Source of the DNA: Aliivibrio fischeri ES114
Lineage (GTDB): Bacteria; Pseudomonadota; Gammaproteobacteria; Enterobacterales; Vibrionaceae
Reading direction: 5' to 3' (one strand)
NCBI RefSeq assembly: GCF_000011805.1
Contig: NC_006840.2
Length of the DNA stretch: 32,000 nt
Shown: one piece after another, positions 20,221 to 29,829 of the stretch
Layout of the letters: each line of letters opens with the position of its first letter
Numbering within the stretch: position 1 is the stretch's first letter
Translations under genes and position numbers: made by a program
The notes under the pieces: model-generated
Database searches by the model: none
The model's input: only the letters and a program-made list of their open reading frames with translations
Told to the model about the DNA's origin: nothing

Positions 20221-20312
20221 GGCGACACTCCATTATTCTAAATATATAAATTTTTTACTTTTAACCGTAACTCGACAGCAATAAAAACAACGGTTAAAAC
20301 GAAACGTAATAG

Positions 20313-21074
20313 TTAAGCTCTAATCACTTTTACGTTATGTGATTCAATTTTTTTCTGTTGCTCTGGGCTTAAATCATTATTGGTGATCAGCACATCAATG
20401 CTTTCCCATGGCAACTCTACATTCGGGATTTTTCGACCTATTTTTTCTGATTCAACCATCAAAATGACCTCACGAGCGACTTCTGACATCACTCGGCTTA
20501 AACCAACAAGCTCATTGAACGTTGTCGTCCCTCGCTCTAAATCAATCCCATCCGCCCCAATGAACAACTGATCAAAATCATAGGATCGTAATACCGATTC
20601 AGCCACTTTTCCCTGAAACGAATCAGAGTGACTATCCCATGTTCCCCCTGTCATTAATAAGGTTGGTTCGTTTTCAATCTCTTGTAATGCATTCGCAACA
20701 GGCAATGAGTTTGTCATCACAACTAACCCATTTCGTTTCGACAACTGATTAATTAATGCAGCGGTTGTACTACCACTATCAATAATGATCCGATTATGAT
20801 CTTTAATCAGTTCCACTGCTGCTACGGCTATAGATAACTTTCGATTCGAAACTTCTTCACAATTATCTTCTTGAATGATATTTGACGGCATTAAAACAGC
20901 ACCACCATACTTACGCATTAGTAGCCCATTTTTCTCTAACTCAGTTAAGTCTTTCCTAATGGTAACTTCAGATATATCAAATAAGTCTGATAAATGTTCT
21001 ACGCTCACTTCACCTTGTTCTGTTAATAAAGAAAGGATCATATGACGGCGTTGTTTTGTATTTCTTTTTGACAT
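20313..21074 (-). CDS. DeoR/GlpR-family transcriptional regulator
   Basis: N-terminal HTH RRHMILSLLTEQGEVSVEHLSDLFDISEVTIRKDLTELEKNGLLMRKYGGA and sugar-phosphate isomerase-like sensor domain (IDSGSTTAALINQL). Directly upstream of glmS, same strand. Confidence 0.9.
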   Translation of the reverse strand: MSKRNTKQRRHMILSLLTEQGEVSVEHLSDLFDISEVTIRKDLTELEKNGLLMRKYGGAVLMPSNIIQEDNCEEVSNRKLSIAVAAVELIKDHNRIIIDSGSTTAALINQLSKRNGLVVMTNSLPVANALQEIENEPTLLMTGGTWDSHSDSFQGKVAESVLRSYDFDQLFIGADGIDLERGTTTFNELVGLSRVMSEVAREVILMVESEKIGRKIPNVELPWESIDVLITNNDLSPEQQKKIESHNVKVIRA

Positions 21075-21300
21075 AAAAAACTCAATAAGTTTCGATTTGA
21101 AAGAAGTTTAGTTTCGTTTTATTTGATTGTCTAGCCCTTCAAATTAATTCGTTTTAAATATTAAGATCCTTATAAAAATGCGATTCAATGCTTTAGAGAT
21201 AATGAGTTAGAGAGGCAGCTCAGATTTTAGCGACTAAAAATTGCTCAAAACACAAGAGGATGTTAATTTTATTTTATAACTTATAAGGAATCTTGTAGCC

Positions 21301-21930
21301 ATGGACGACAACTACACTATTATCATTGCAGACGATCACCCCTTATTTCGCAATGCACTTTTTCAATCTATCCACATGGCAATCAGTGGTGCAAACCTAC
21401 TAGAAGCTGATTCATTAGAGGCGTTATTAAAAGTATTAGAGAAAGAACCTGAACCTGATTTACTGCTCTTAGACTTAAAAATGCCGGGTAGTAATGGCAT
21501 GTCAGGATTAATCCAATTACGCTCTCAATATCCTGATTTACCGATTGTGGTTGTATCAGCGAGTGAAGAAGCAAGTATTGTCTCTCAAGTTAAAACCCAT
21601 GGTGCATTCGGTTTTATTCCTAAATCCAGTGACATGAAGTCGCTTATCGGGGCACTTAATCAAATTTTAGCGGGGGATTCCTATTTTCCTGCAGGAGCAA
21701 TTAAGAACTCAGCAGCTTGCGATGATTTAGCGACAAAAATAGCCGCGCTAACGCCTCAGCAATATAAAGTACTCGGAATGTTGTCAGATGGGTTGCTCAA
21801 TAAACAAATTGCGTATGATTTAGACGTATCAGAAGCCACAATAAAAGCACACATGACAGCAATATTTAGAAAGTTAGGAGTGAAGAATCGCACTCAAGCC
21901 GTCATTCTTTTACAACAAACGGAAAGTTAA
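21301..21930 (+). CDS. crbR: LuxR/NarL-type response regulator, CrbR-like
   Basis: REC domain (IIIADDHPLFRNAL...LLLLDLKMPG) plus LuxR-type HTH (LTPQQYKVLGMLSDGLLNKQIAYDLDVSEATIKAHMTAIFRKLGVKNRTQAV). Assigned CrbR by similarity of type and the neighbouring CrbS-like kinase. Confidence 0.82.
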   Translation: MDDNYTIIIADDHPLFRNALFQSIHMAISGANLLEADSLEALLKVLEKEPEPDLLLLDLKMPGSNGMSGLIQLRSQYPDLPIVVVSASEEASIVSQVKTHGAFGFIPKSSDMKSLIGALNQILAGDSYFPAGAIKNSAACDDLATKIAALTPQQYKVLGMLSDGLLNKQIAYDLDVSEATIKAHMTAIFRKLGVKNRTQAVILLQQTES

Positions 21931-21981
21931 CCAAGATATAACACTCTAGACGCTAAAATAAATTAAACTCTCTTCTACGCT

Positions 21982-22018
21982 ATACCAATCAATATGACTT
22001 CACATCATTGATTGGTAT
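21982..22018. repeat. 12-bp perfect inverted repeat in the crbR-marC intergenic region
   Basis: ATACCAATCAAT - 13-nt loop (ATGACTTCACATC) - ATTGATTGGTAT, without a T-tract. Confidence 0.7.
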
Positions 22019-22054
22019 TCCATCCCTCTGTGTAACCTAACCTCTGGGAGAATC

Positions 22055-22678
22055 ATGATAAGTATCCTCGTAACTCAATTTATTGTTCTTTGGGCCGTAA
22101 TTGACCCTATTGGCTCAGTTCCTGTCTACCTTTCACAAACTCAACACCTTTCAGCTAAGCAACGTAAACTGGTTGCCCTAAAAGCCGTTGCTATCGCCAC
22201 TTTAGTTTTGCTCTTTTTCCTCATTGTTGGTCAATTATTATTAGAAGCAATGCAAATCCCATTACCGGCTTTTCAGGTTGCGGGTGGTTTAGTGCTATTA
22301 ATTTTTGCTCTCACGATGATCTTTGGCGAAAGTAAACCAGAGCAAGAACAAAAAATGAGTGAGGAAATGAGTCATTCTGATCTTGCTGATCTTGCCGTAT
22401 ACCCTCTAGCTATCCCATCAATCGCTTCACCGGGGGCTATGATGGCTATCGTCATGCTGACCGATAATTCTCGTTACTCCATATTTGATCAATCAATCAC
22501 AGCGGGTGTCATGCTCGTTGTTCTATTGATAACGTTAGGTTTATTACTTGGAGCTACATTTATTCAAAAAGTCATTGGTAATGTTGGGGCCGCTATTATT
22601 AGTCGAGTCATGGGGTTAATTTTGGCTGCTGTGGCTGTAAATAACTTGCTCATGGGAATTAAAGATTTCTATTTTTAA
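22055..22678 (+). CDS. MarC/YhgN family integral membrane protein
   Basis: 207 aa; VIDPIGSVPVYLSQT, PLAIPSIASPGAM motif characteristic of MarC family. Confidence 0.88.
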   Translation: MISILVTQFIVLWAVIDPIGSVPVYLSQTQHLSAKQRKLVALKAVAIATLVLLFFLIVGQLLLEAMQIPLPAFQVAGGLVLLIFALTMIFGESKPEQEQKMSEEMSHSDLADLAVYPLAIPSIASPGAMMAIVMLTDNSRYSIFDQSITAGVMLVVLLITLGLLLGATFIQKVIGNVGAAIISRVMGLILAAVAVNNLLMGIKDFYF

Positions 22679-22741
22679 TCGTTAGACCTTGGTATTAATT
22701 AACACAGTATTAACATTAAAAATTCAATAACCACTTCACAT

Positions 22742-22767
22742 AAAACGCTCATATTTTGGGCGTTTTT
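22742..22767 (+). terminator. Probable terminator after the MarC-family gene
   Basis: AAAACGCTC...GGGCGTTTTT stem (one T-G wobble) followed by T's. Confidence 0.7.
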
Positions 22768-22861
22768 CTTTATCCGCTCGACTAAAGTTGCACTGTTTTC
22801 CTTTTATTCCGCTGCTAACCTCTTTCCTGTTACAAACTTTTAACATAAAAAGGAGCTGGCT

Positions 22862-23128
22862 ATGGCGTTTGAAACACAAGAACAAGCACAAGCCTACTGG
22901 AAAGAAAATTTGGGGATCATGGGCAGCTTGCTTGCGATTTGGTTCTTAGTCTCGTACGGCGCAGGGATATTATTTGTTGATGCACTTAATACCGTTCAAT
23001 TTGGTGGATTCAAATTGGGGTTCTGGTTTGCTCAACAAGGTTCAATTTATACCTTTGTGGCACTGATCTTTATCTACGTTGCACGCATGAATGCGCTAGA
23101 TAAAAAATACAACGTACAGGAAGACTAA
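22862..23128 (+). CDS. DUF4212 small subunit of sodium/substrate symporter
   Basis: 88-aa two-TM protein (AYWKENLGIMGSLLAIWFLVSYGAGILFVDALN...GFWFAQQGSIYTFVALIFIYVARMN) directly upstream of a sodium:solute symporter. Confidence 0.9.
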   Translation: MAFETQEQAQAYWKENLGIMGSLLAIWFLVSYGAGILFVDALNTVQFGGFKLGFWFAQQGSIYTFVALIFIYVARMNALDKKYNVQED

Positions 23129-23139
23129 GAGGAATTATC

Positions 23140-24843
23140 ATGGGTATCCAAACTTGGACGTTTATACTAGTCGGTATTACCTTTGCGCTCTATATAGGGA
23201 TTGCGATTTGGGCTCGCGCCGGATCAACAAGTGAGTTTTATGTTGCTGGCGGCGGGGTTCATCCTGTTGCTAATGGCATGGCGACGGCAGCCGATTGGAT
23301 GTCGGCAGCTTCATTTATTTCAATGGCAGGTATCATTTCCTTTGTTGGTTATGATGGTGCTGTATATCTTATGGGTTGGACTGGCGGTTATGTACTGCTC
23401 GCTCTCTGTCTTGCTCCTTATCTACGAAAGTTTGGTAAATTTACCGTGCCAGATTTTATCGGTGAACGTTACTACTCCAAAACCGCTCGTATGGTTGCAG
23501 TATTCTGTGCCATCTTTGTTTCTTTCACTTACGTGGCAGGGCAAATGCGTGGTGTAGGTGTGGTGTTCTCTCGATTCCTAGAAGTAGATATAAACATCGG
23601 TATCATTATTGGTATGGGTATCGTATTTTTCTATGCAGTACTAGGTGGTATGAAAGGCATCACTTATACGCAGGTAGCTCAATTCTGTGTCCTCATTTTC
23701 GCCTTCCTTGTACCAGCAGTATTCACTTCTATCATGATGACAGGTAACGTATTCCCACAAATTGGTATGGGCTCTACGGTTACTGGCTCTGAAGTCTACT
23801 TATTAGATAAGTTGGATGGATTAACCACTGAACTCGGCTTTACCCCATATACTGACGGATCTAAGAGCATGGTTGATGTCTTCTTTATCTGTGCAGCACT
23901 AATGGTGGGTACGGCAGGGCTTCCTCATGTAATTATCCGCTTCTTCACAGTACCTCGTGTTAAAGATGCACGTATCTCTGCGGGCTGGGCATTACTGTTT
24001 ATCTCATTCTTATACACCACTGCACCTGCGGTTGCTGCATTTGCTCGTGTAAATATGATTGAAACTATTAATGGTCCAGATAGCCAAGGGGTTACAGCAG
24101 CAGATGCACCAAGCTGGTATAAAAACTGGGAAGACACAGGCCTTGTTGGTTGGGATGATAAAAATGGCGATGGTAAAATGTTTTACTCTGGTGATGAACG
24201 TAATGAAATGGACATCAACCGAGATATCATCGTACTGGCATCACCTGAACTGGCAAACTTACCAAACTGGGTTGTAGCACTATTAGCTGCCGGTGGCTTA
24301 GCTGCCGCATTATCAACAGCTGCGGGTCTACTACTGGTAATCTCGACATCCATCTCCCATGATTTATTGAAGAAAGGCTTTAAGCCTAACATGACCGACA
24401 AACAAGAGCTGCTCGCCGCCAGATTAGCTGCCATCGTTGCTATTGTTGGGGCTGGTTATTTAGGGATTAATCCGCCAGGCTTTGTTGCACAGGTGGTTGC
24501 GTTCTCCTTTGGGTTAGCCGCTGCGTCTTTCTTCCCTGCAATTATTCTAGGTATTTTCTATAAGAAGATGAATAAAGAAGGGGCGATTGCCGGTATGATT
24601 TCTGGTGTTACCTTTACCACGGCTTATATTGTTTACTTTAAGTTCATTAACCCAGCAGCAAGCACACCTGATAACTGGTGGTTTGGTATCAGCCCAGAAG
24701 GAATTGGTACGCTAGGTATGTGTGTGAACTTCATTGTTTCAATTGCAGTAAACAAAGTAACCGCAGAAGTACCTAAAGACGTTCAAGACTTGGTTGAATC
24801 TATTCGTTTCCCGAAAGGTGCAGGCGAAGCGCACGATCACTAA
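23140..24843 (+). CDS. Sodium:solute symporter family protein, ActP-like (probable acetate/short-chain acid transport)
   Basis: 567 aa; SSS-family features MATAADWMSAASFISMAG, FTVPDFIGERYYSKTARMVAVFC; paired with the DUF4212 subunit. Confidence 0.88.
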   Translation: MGIQTWTFILVGITFALYIGIAIWARAGSTSEFYVAGGGVHPVANGMATAADWMSAASFISMAGIISFVGYDGAVYLMGWTGGYVLLALCLAPYLRKFGKFTVPDFIGERYYSKTARMVAVFCAIFVSFTYVAGQMRGVGVVFSRFLEVDINIGIIIGMGIVFFYAVLGGMKGITYTQVAQFCVLIFAFLVPAVFTSIMMTGNVFPQIGMGSTVTGSEVYLLDKLDGLTTELGFTPYTDGSKSMVDVFFICAALMVGTAGLPHVIIRFFTVPRVKDARISAGWALLFISFLYTTAPAVAAFARVNMIETINGPDSQGVTAADAPSWYKNWEDTGLVGWDDKNGDGKMFYSGDERNEMDINRDIIVLASPELANLPNWVVALLAAGGLAAALSTAAGLLLVISTSISHDLLKKGFKPNMTDKQELLAARLAAIVAIVGAGYLGINPPGFVAQVVAFSFGLAAASFFPAIILGIFYKKMNKEGAIAGMISGVTFTTAYIVYFKFINPAASTPDNWWFGISPEGIGTLGMCVNFIVSIAVNKVTAEVPKDVQDLVESIRFPKGAGEAHDH

Positions 24844-24874
24844 TAACAAGTTAATAATAATGACTTAAATGAAT

Positions 24875-24906
24875 AAGGGAGTAAGCAAATGCTAACTCCC
24901 TTTTTT
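24875..24906. terminator. Terminator between the symporter and crbS-like gene
   Basis: AAGGGAGT...ACTCCCTT stem followed by TTTT. Confidence 0.82.
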
Positions 24907-24920
24907 ATTAAAAATATAAA

Positions 24921-27900
24921 CTAAGATCTAACATGACGGTTCAACACAGCTCTTAATTTCAATGGTTTTACTGGCTTTGAAATAAACCCAAACCCATTAC
25001 TTTTGATGCTATCTAGCAGTTCTTCGGTCTTATCTGCACTGATCATAACCCCTTCAAACTGATTACCTAAGCGCAAACGGCATTGTTGTAATACCTCTAA
25101 TCCTGTTCTGTCGTTATCTAATCGATAATCAGAAAAAATCACATCAGGGATCCAGTCACCTTCCAAACAATGCAAGCTACCAAATAGATCCGTTGCGGTT
25201 TTCACTTCACAACCCCAACGAGAAATCAGAGACTCCATACCAACAAGAATATCAGGCTCATTATCAACACATAGTACTCGTACTCCACTTAATGGTAATT
25301 CAAGCTTTGGAGTTACCGTAGGCATTTTACTCTCAACCAGAACTCCTCTCTCAAGTGTCACCGAAAATACCGATCCTTTATCAAGCCATGAACGCAGTGA
25401 AATCGTATGCCCTAATACATGAGAAATACCACGAGCAATCGCCAATCCCAAACCTAACCCTTGATCTGCTCGGCTTTGATCGACTCGAGTAAACTCATCA
25501 AAAATCGCCTGCTGTTTCTCTTCTGGAATACCGATACCATTATCCCAAACATCAATTCGGATTTGGTCTCCTACTCGCCTTGCTCCGAGCACCACTTTAC
25601 CTTGAGGGTTATATCGAAACGCATTAGTTAAAAAGTTTTGTACCACTCGACGTAATAATTTTGAATCGGACTCCACCACAACATCAGAATGAATCACTGA
25701 AAAATCAATATCCTGCTGCTTGGCTAAAGCACCAAATTCCGCTTCTAAATTAGAAAATAATGCTCCTAATGAAAAACCTTGAATGTGCGTTTCTAACTTA
25801 CCCGCTTCCAAGCGAGAGATATCAAGTAAGTCTCCGATTAACTCCTCTGCCGCCCCTAATGCACTTTCTATGTGTCCAGATATTTTTTGTGTTTCTTGAT
25901 CTTTTGCTACTTCATTTAATGACGAAGCAAACAGACGAGCCGCATTCAATGGCTGCATTAAATCGTGACTTACCGCAGCAAGCAGACGTGTTTTTGATTG
26001 AGAAGCCAACTCTGCACTTTGGGTTGCACCAACCAATCGCTGATTTAATTTTTCTAATTCTTTGGTTCGTTCATGGACTCGTGATTCAAGAGTCTCATTG
26101 GTTTCTTTTAACGCTTTTTCTGCCTGTCTAAAGACGGTGATATCGGTAAAACTCATTACAAATCCACCATTGGGCATCGGGTTTCCCTGAACCTCGATAA
26201 CTTGCCCATCAGCTCGAACACGAGAAGATACATGGCGAGTTCGCCTCTCTAAATGCTCTACTCGACGCTTTACATGCATTTCAGGATCACCCGGCCCACA
26301 TAACCCTTGCTCAGCATTGTGGCGGATCACATCGGCTATTGGTCTACCCACTTGAATTAACCCCGGTGGGAAAGTAAATAACTCTAAGTAACGTTGGTTC
26401 CATGCCACTAATTTCATCTGCTTATCAACCACAGCAATACCTTGGCTAATATGCTCAATCGCCCCTTGCAACAATCCTCGACTAAAATCATACAATTCAG
26501 AAGCTTCATCAACGATGGTTGCCACCTCCTCCAACTGCATATTGCGACCCTGAAGTGCCGAAGTTAATACTAAACGAGAAGAAGAAGCACCAAATACACC
26601 CGCCAAAACACGCTCGGTATGACGGATTAACGCAGAGCTAGCTTGCTGTTGTGGTTGTAATGTTTCACCTTGTTGATTCGAGAATTGACGAAAGGCTTTT
26701 TGTGCACGCCTACGCCCAACAAACCGTGAAGCTAACATTTCCAATTCACCCACCGTCACGCGAGTTTGATACACACTCACATCTTCATTTTCAGGCAATG
26801 GAGCACCAACAAAAGAAGCCGCTTGTAAACGTTCACTCAATGATGCTCGAGTCACTAAAGAAACCAAGATAAAGAGAATAGAGTTCAAACTAAGACTAAG
26901 CATCATCCCCCAATCCGATGTCATCACATTAAGAGATTGCAACCACTCAGGAGGAGTGATGACCCACAGCAAAAAGTTATTTTCAGCGCTGCCAGCAAGC
27001 ATTTGAGTTTGGCTCATTAACGTGATTAGCCACACAAGGAAACCAATAATTAAACCTGCATATACGCCTTTTCTATTTCCTTGTCGCCAGTACAAACCAC
27101 CGATTAATGCTGGGGCAAATTGCGCTATAGCAGCAAACGCTAATAACCCAATAACGGATAACGAATCAATAGAATCGAGAGCTTGATAAAACCCCCATGC
27201 TCCCAATAACAGTAGCAAAATGAGTGCTCGACGAATAGAAACAAGCAAATGAGAGAAATGACTAAAAGTACGTGATGTCGTTTTGACTTTACGTAATAAC
27301 AAAGGCAACACCAGATCATTAGATACCATAATAGCCAATGCGATGGTTGATACGATCACCATTCCACTAGCGGCGGAAGTCCCTCCAACAAAGGCGAGCA
27401 ACGCCATATTCTCTGCACCGACAGAGAGTGGAACACTAATAACAAAACTATCACTAACACCACCAGAGAGCAGTACTTGTCCTGCCCAAGAAATAGGTAA
27501 AACAAACAAACCAATTAAAACTAAATAGCTTGGAAACACCCAACGAGCGGTTCTTAAATCCTGCGCTTGTTCATTCTCTACGACCGTGGTGTGAAACTGA
27601 CGCGGCAAACAAACTATCGCCGCCATAGTTAAAATCGTATGAAATAAAAGCGTGATGACATTTGGAGACTGATACGTTTCTTTGGCAATAGAGAACAAAT
27701 CAACCTTAGGTTCAGAGTAAGCCAAATACAAAATAAACACGCCAACCATTAAAAAAGCAACGAGCTTAACGATCGATTCAAAGGCTACCGCCATCATCAA
27801 ACCACGGTGATGCTCTGTTGTATCAATGTGTCGAGTTCCAAATAGGATTGTAAAAATCGCGAGCGCTGCACCAACAAACCAAGAGATATGCCCATCTTGA

Positions 27901-28364
27901 TACCCAAAGTCTTGCGCTAAATTAGGCGCAACCAGATCGAGTCCCATGGTGATCCCTCGCAATTGCAAAGCGATATAAGGAAGAATCCCGATGACGGCAA
28001 TGATGGTTATAACCCCAGCAAGACCTTGCGATTTCCCATAACGTGCTGCAATAAAATCAGCTATTGAAGTGATGTGCTCACGCTTGGCAATCAAAATAAT
28101 ACGAGCCAAAAAACGCCATGCAAAAACAAACACAAAAATAGGAGCAAGATAAATAGGAAGAAAAGACCACGGGTTATTAGTGGCTTGGCCTACGGTGCCA
28201 TAAAAGGTCCATGAGGTGCAGTAAACAGCAATTGAAAGGCTATAAATCCATGGGCGGTATTGAGCTAACCACCCTTTTTGACGATCACCATACCAGGCAA
28301 TTAAAAATAACAATCCCAAATACGCCAGCGAAACTGGCACCACAATCCATCCTTGTGTCATCAC
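24921..28364 (-). CDS. crbS: CrbS-like hybrid sensor histidine kinase with N-terminal SSS-family transporter domain
   Basis: 1147 aa: about 13 TM SSS domain, PAS (EHISQGIAVVDKQMKLVAWNQRYLELF), HisKA (LAAVSHDLMQPLNAARLFASSL), HATPase (DNGIGIPEEKQQAIFDEF...GLGLGLAIARGIS), C-terminal REC (VLCVDNEPDIL...FSDYRLDNDRTG). Confidence 0.92.
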   Translation of the reverse strand: MMTQGWIVVPVSLAYLGLLFLIAWYGDRQKGWLAQYRPWIYSLSIAVYCTSWTFYGTVGQATNNPWSFLPIYLAPIFVFVFAWRFLARIILIAKREHITSIADFIAARYGKSQGLAGVITIIAVIGILPYIALQLRGITMGLDLVAPNLAQDFGYQDGHISWFVGAALAIFTILFGTRHIDTTEHHRGLMMAVAFESIVKLVAFLMVGVFILYLAYSEPKVDLFSIAKETYQSPNVITLLFHTILTMAAIVCLPRQFHTTVVENEQAQDLRTARWVFPSYLVLIGLFVLPISWAGQVLLSGGVSDSFVISVPLSVGAENMALLAFVGGTSAASGMVIVSTIALAIMVSNDLVLPLLLRKVKTTSRTFSHFSHLLVSIRRALILLLLLGAWGFYQALDSIDSLSVIGLLAFAAIAQFAPALIGGLYWRQGNRKGVYAGLIIGFLVWLITLMSQTQMLAGSAENNFLLWVITPPEWLQSLNVMTSDWGMMLSLSLNSILFILVSLVTRASLSERLQAASFVGAPLPENEDVSVYQTRVTVGELEMLASRFVGRRRAQKAFRQFSNQQGETLQPQQQASSALIRHTERVLAGVFGASSSRLVLTSALQGRNMQLEEVATIVDEASELYDFSRGLLQGAIEHISQGIAVVDKQMKLVAWNQRYLELFTFPPGLIQVGRPIADVIRHNAEQGLCGPGDPEMHVKRRVEHLERRTRHVSSRVRADGQVIEVQGNPMPNGGFVMSFTDITVFRQAEKALKETNETLESRVHERTKELEKLNQRLVGATQSAELASQSKTRLLAAVSHDLMQPLNAARLFASSLNEVAKDQETQKISGHIESALGAAEELIGDLLDISRLEAGKLETHIQGFSLGALFSNLEAEFGALAKQQDIDFSVIHSDVVVESDSKLLRRVVQNFLTNAFRYNPQGKVVLGARRVGDQIRIDVWDNGIGIPEEKQQAIFDEFTRVDQSRADQGLGLGLAIARGISHVLGHTISLRSWLDKGSVFSVTLERGVLVESKMPTVTPKLELPLSGVRVLCVDNEPDILVGMESLISRWGCEVKTATDLFGSLHCLEGDWIPDVIFSDYRLDNDRTGLEVLQQCRLRLGNQFEGVMISADKTEELLDSIKSNGFGFISKPVKPLKLRAVLNRHVRS

Positions 28365-28397
28365 TCATCCTTGGTGAGACCATTCTAGCGATATAAA

Positions 28398-28442
28398 AAA
28401 CGCCAGAAGGTGCATTTATTCTGTAGCACCATTCTAGCGTTT
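28398..28442 (-). terminator. Long hairpin terminator downstream of the HcaT-like gene
   Basis: AAACGC-C-AGAA-GGTGC ... GCACC-A-TTCT-A-GCGTTT; on the minus strand the stem is followed by TTTTTT-like sequence. Confidence 0.72.
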
Positions 28443-28480
28443 AATTATTGCTTCGTTTTTATACAAGCTGACAAATGTGA

Positions 28481-29623
28481 TTAAGACTTCACTTTATCGA
28501 GTTTAATCAACAAAGCGAATACCCCCATCGCTGCCATCAACCAGAATATATTCGCTCCCCACGCTTCGTACCCCCAACCACTTAAGGTTGTCATTAACGC
28601 GATAAATGCACCAAGCGGAATCGCATTATATAACGCTTGTAATGCCACCATTTTATTTTGTGGGAATTTTTGAATGTATTGAATTGCTGCAAGGTGAGCC
28701 ATTGCGAATGTCACGCCATGTAAGGCTTGCACTAATACCAAAGCAAATAATTCTGTCGTTGCAGCAGTTAATCCCCAACGAATCACAACACCAATAGCAG
28801 CAACTTTAAATAAGGTTGATGTTTTCCAACCTGCAAATAATTGCTTACTAAACGCAAATACCATCACTTCAGCAACAACACCTAAGCTCCATAAATAACC
28901 AATGGTACTTTCTTGGTAACCAGATTCTTTCCAATAAATTGAACTAAAACTGTAATACGCTGCATGACTACCTTGAATTAATGCCACCAACACAATGAAT
29001 TTCACAATTGGAGCTTCAGTTAATAGAGCTAATAATTTTGGTCGTTCATTATCTTCATCTGATACCGATACTGGCATTGGATTAGGATTTCGCATAACTA
29101 ACACTAACGCCGCTAATATACCGGCAATCGCCGTGTAGACGATCATATCGGTACCAAAACCCGATACCAAATAACCAACAACAGTGGAACCTGCAATAAA
29201 ACTAACAGAGCCCCACAAACGCGTACGCCCATAATCTAATAAGTTATTTTTCGCGTAATAGTTCGTCATCGCATCGGATAACGGAACCGCTGGACCACAA
29301 GATAAATTGAATAAAACAGTAACGATAGCAAGCCACCAAAAGCTCGCCCCATTAACTAAAAAGAGAGCAAGGGCTATCAAAGAAGCTAAGGTTAATAATC
29401 GCAATGCAGGTACTATGTGTTCAACGCGATGCAACCTTGGTGTAATAACCAAATTAGCAACACAACGAGTTGCAAAACCTAACCCAATAAGAACACCAAT
29501 ATCTCCGGCAGAAACACCTTGTTCTTCAAACCATAACGCCCAAAAAGGTAAATAAACCCCATAAGCAAAAAAGAATCCGCCAAAATATTGAGAGATCCAA
29601 GCAAAAGGTGAAACCCGTAACAT
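28481..29623 (-). CDS. MFS transporter, 3-phenylpropionate permease (HcaT)-like
   Basis: MLRVSPFAWISQYFGGFFFAYGVYLPFWALWFEEQGVSAGDIGVLIGLG. The ORF track extends upstream to 29746, but homology-like sequence begins at the internal Met (29623). Confidence 0.85.
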   Translation of the reverse strand: MLRVSPFAWISQYFGGFFFAYGVYLPFWALWFEEQGVSAGDIGVLIGLGFATRCVANLVITPRLHRVEHIVPALRLLTLASLIALALFLVNGASFWWLAIVTVLFNLSCGPAVPLSDAMTNYYAKNNLLDYGRTRLWGSVSFIAGSTVVGYLVSGFGTDMIVYTAIAGILAALVLVMRNPNPMPVSVSDEDNERPKLLALLTEAPIVKFIVLVALIQGSHAAYYSFSSIYWKESGYQESTIGYLWSLGVVAEVMVFAFSKQLFAGWKTSTLFKVAAIGVVIRWGLTAATTELFALVLVQALHGVTFAMAHLAAIQYIQKFPQNKMVALQALYNAIPLGAFIALMTTLSGWGYEAWGANIFWLMAAMGVFALLIKLDKVKS

Positions 29624-29829
29624 GATGATGTCCAAAAGGAAGTAAAAAGAGGCGGTTATTATGGCATCGTATTGATTTATAAAAAGGGAAAATAGAACAA
29701 GAAGAAAAATGCACCTTTTAAAATGTGACTTTGGTTTCATATTCATACCAATCTCCTAGACTAAAGTCGTCTTCATTCTTGCTCACTTTTTCATGAAAAT
29801 AAGGGAAATTGCTGACTAAGGATGGGGCC

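Noticed and set aside
19686-20249. Plus-strand ORFs inside glmS (18524..18739, 18696..18980, 19686..19919, 20001..20249)
   Set aside because: Antisense to a complete conserved glmS; the low-complexity Gln/His/Leu-rich translations are typical frame artefacts.
20221-20312. glmS riboswitch/ribozyme
   Set aside because: The leader is only about 90 nt before the regulator gene and this element is typical of Gram-positive bacteria; no matching structure seen.
26651-26872. Small plus-strand ORFs within the CrbS-like gene (25760..26131, 26651..26872, 27283..27528)
   Set aside because: Overlap the long conserved kinase ORF in the opposite direction; no support as genes.
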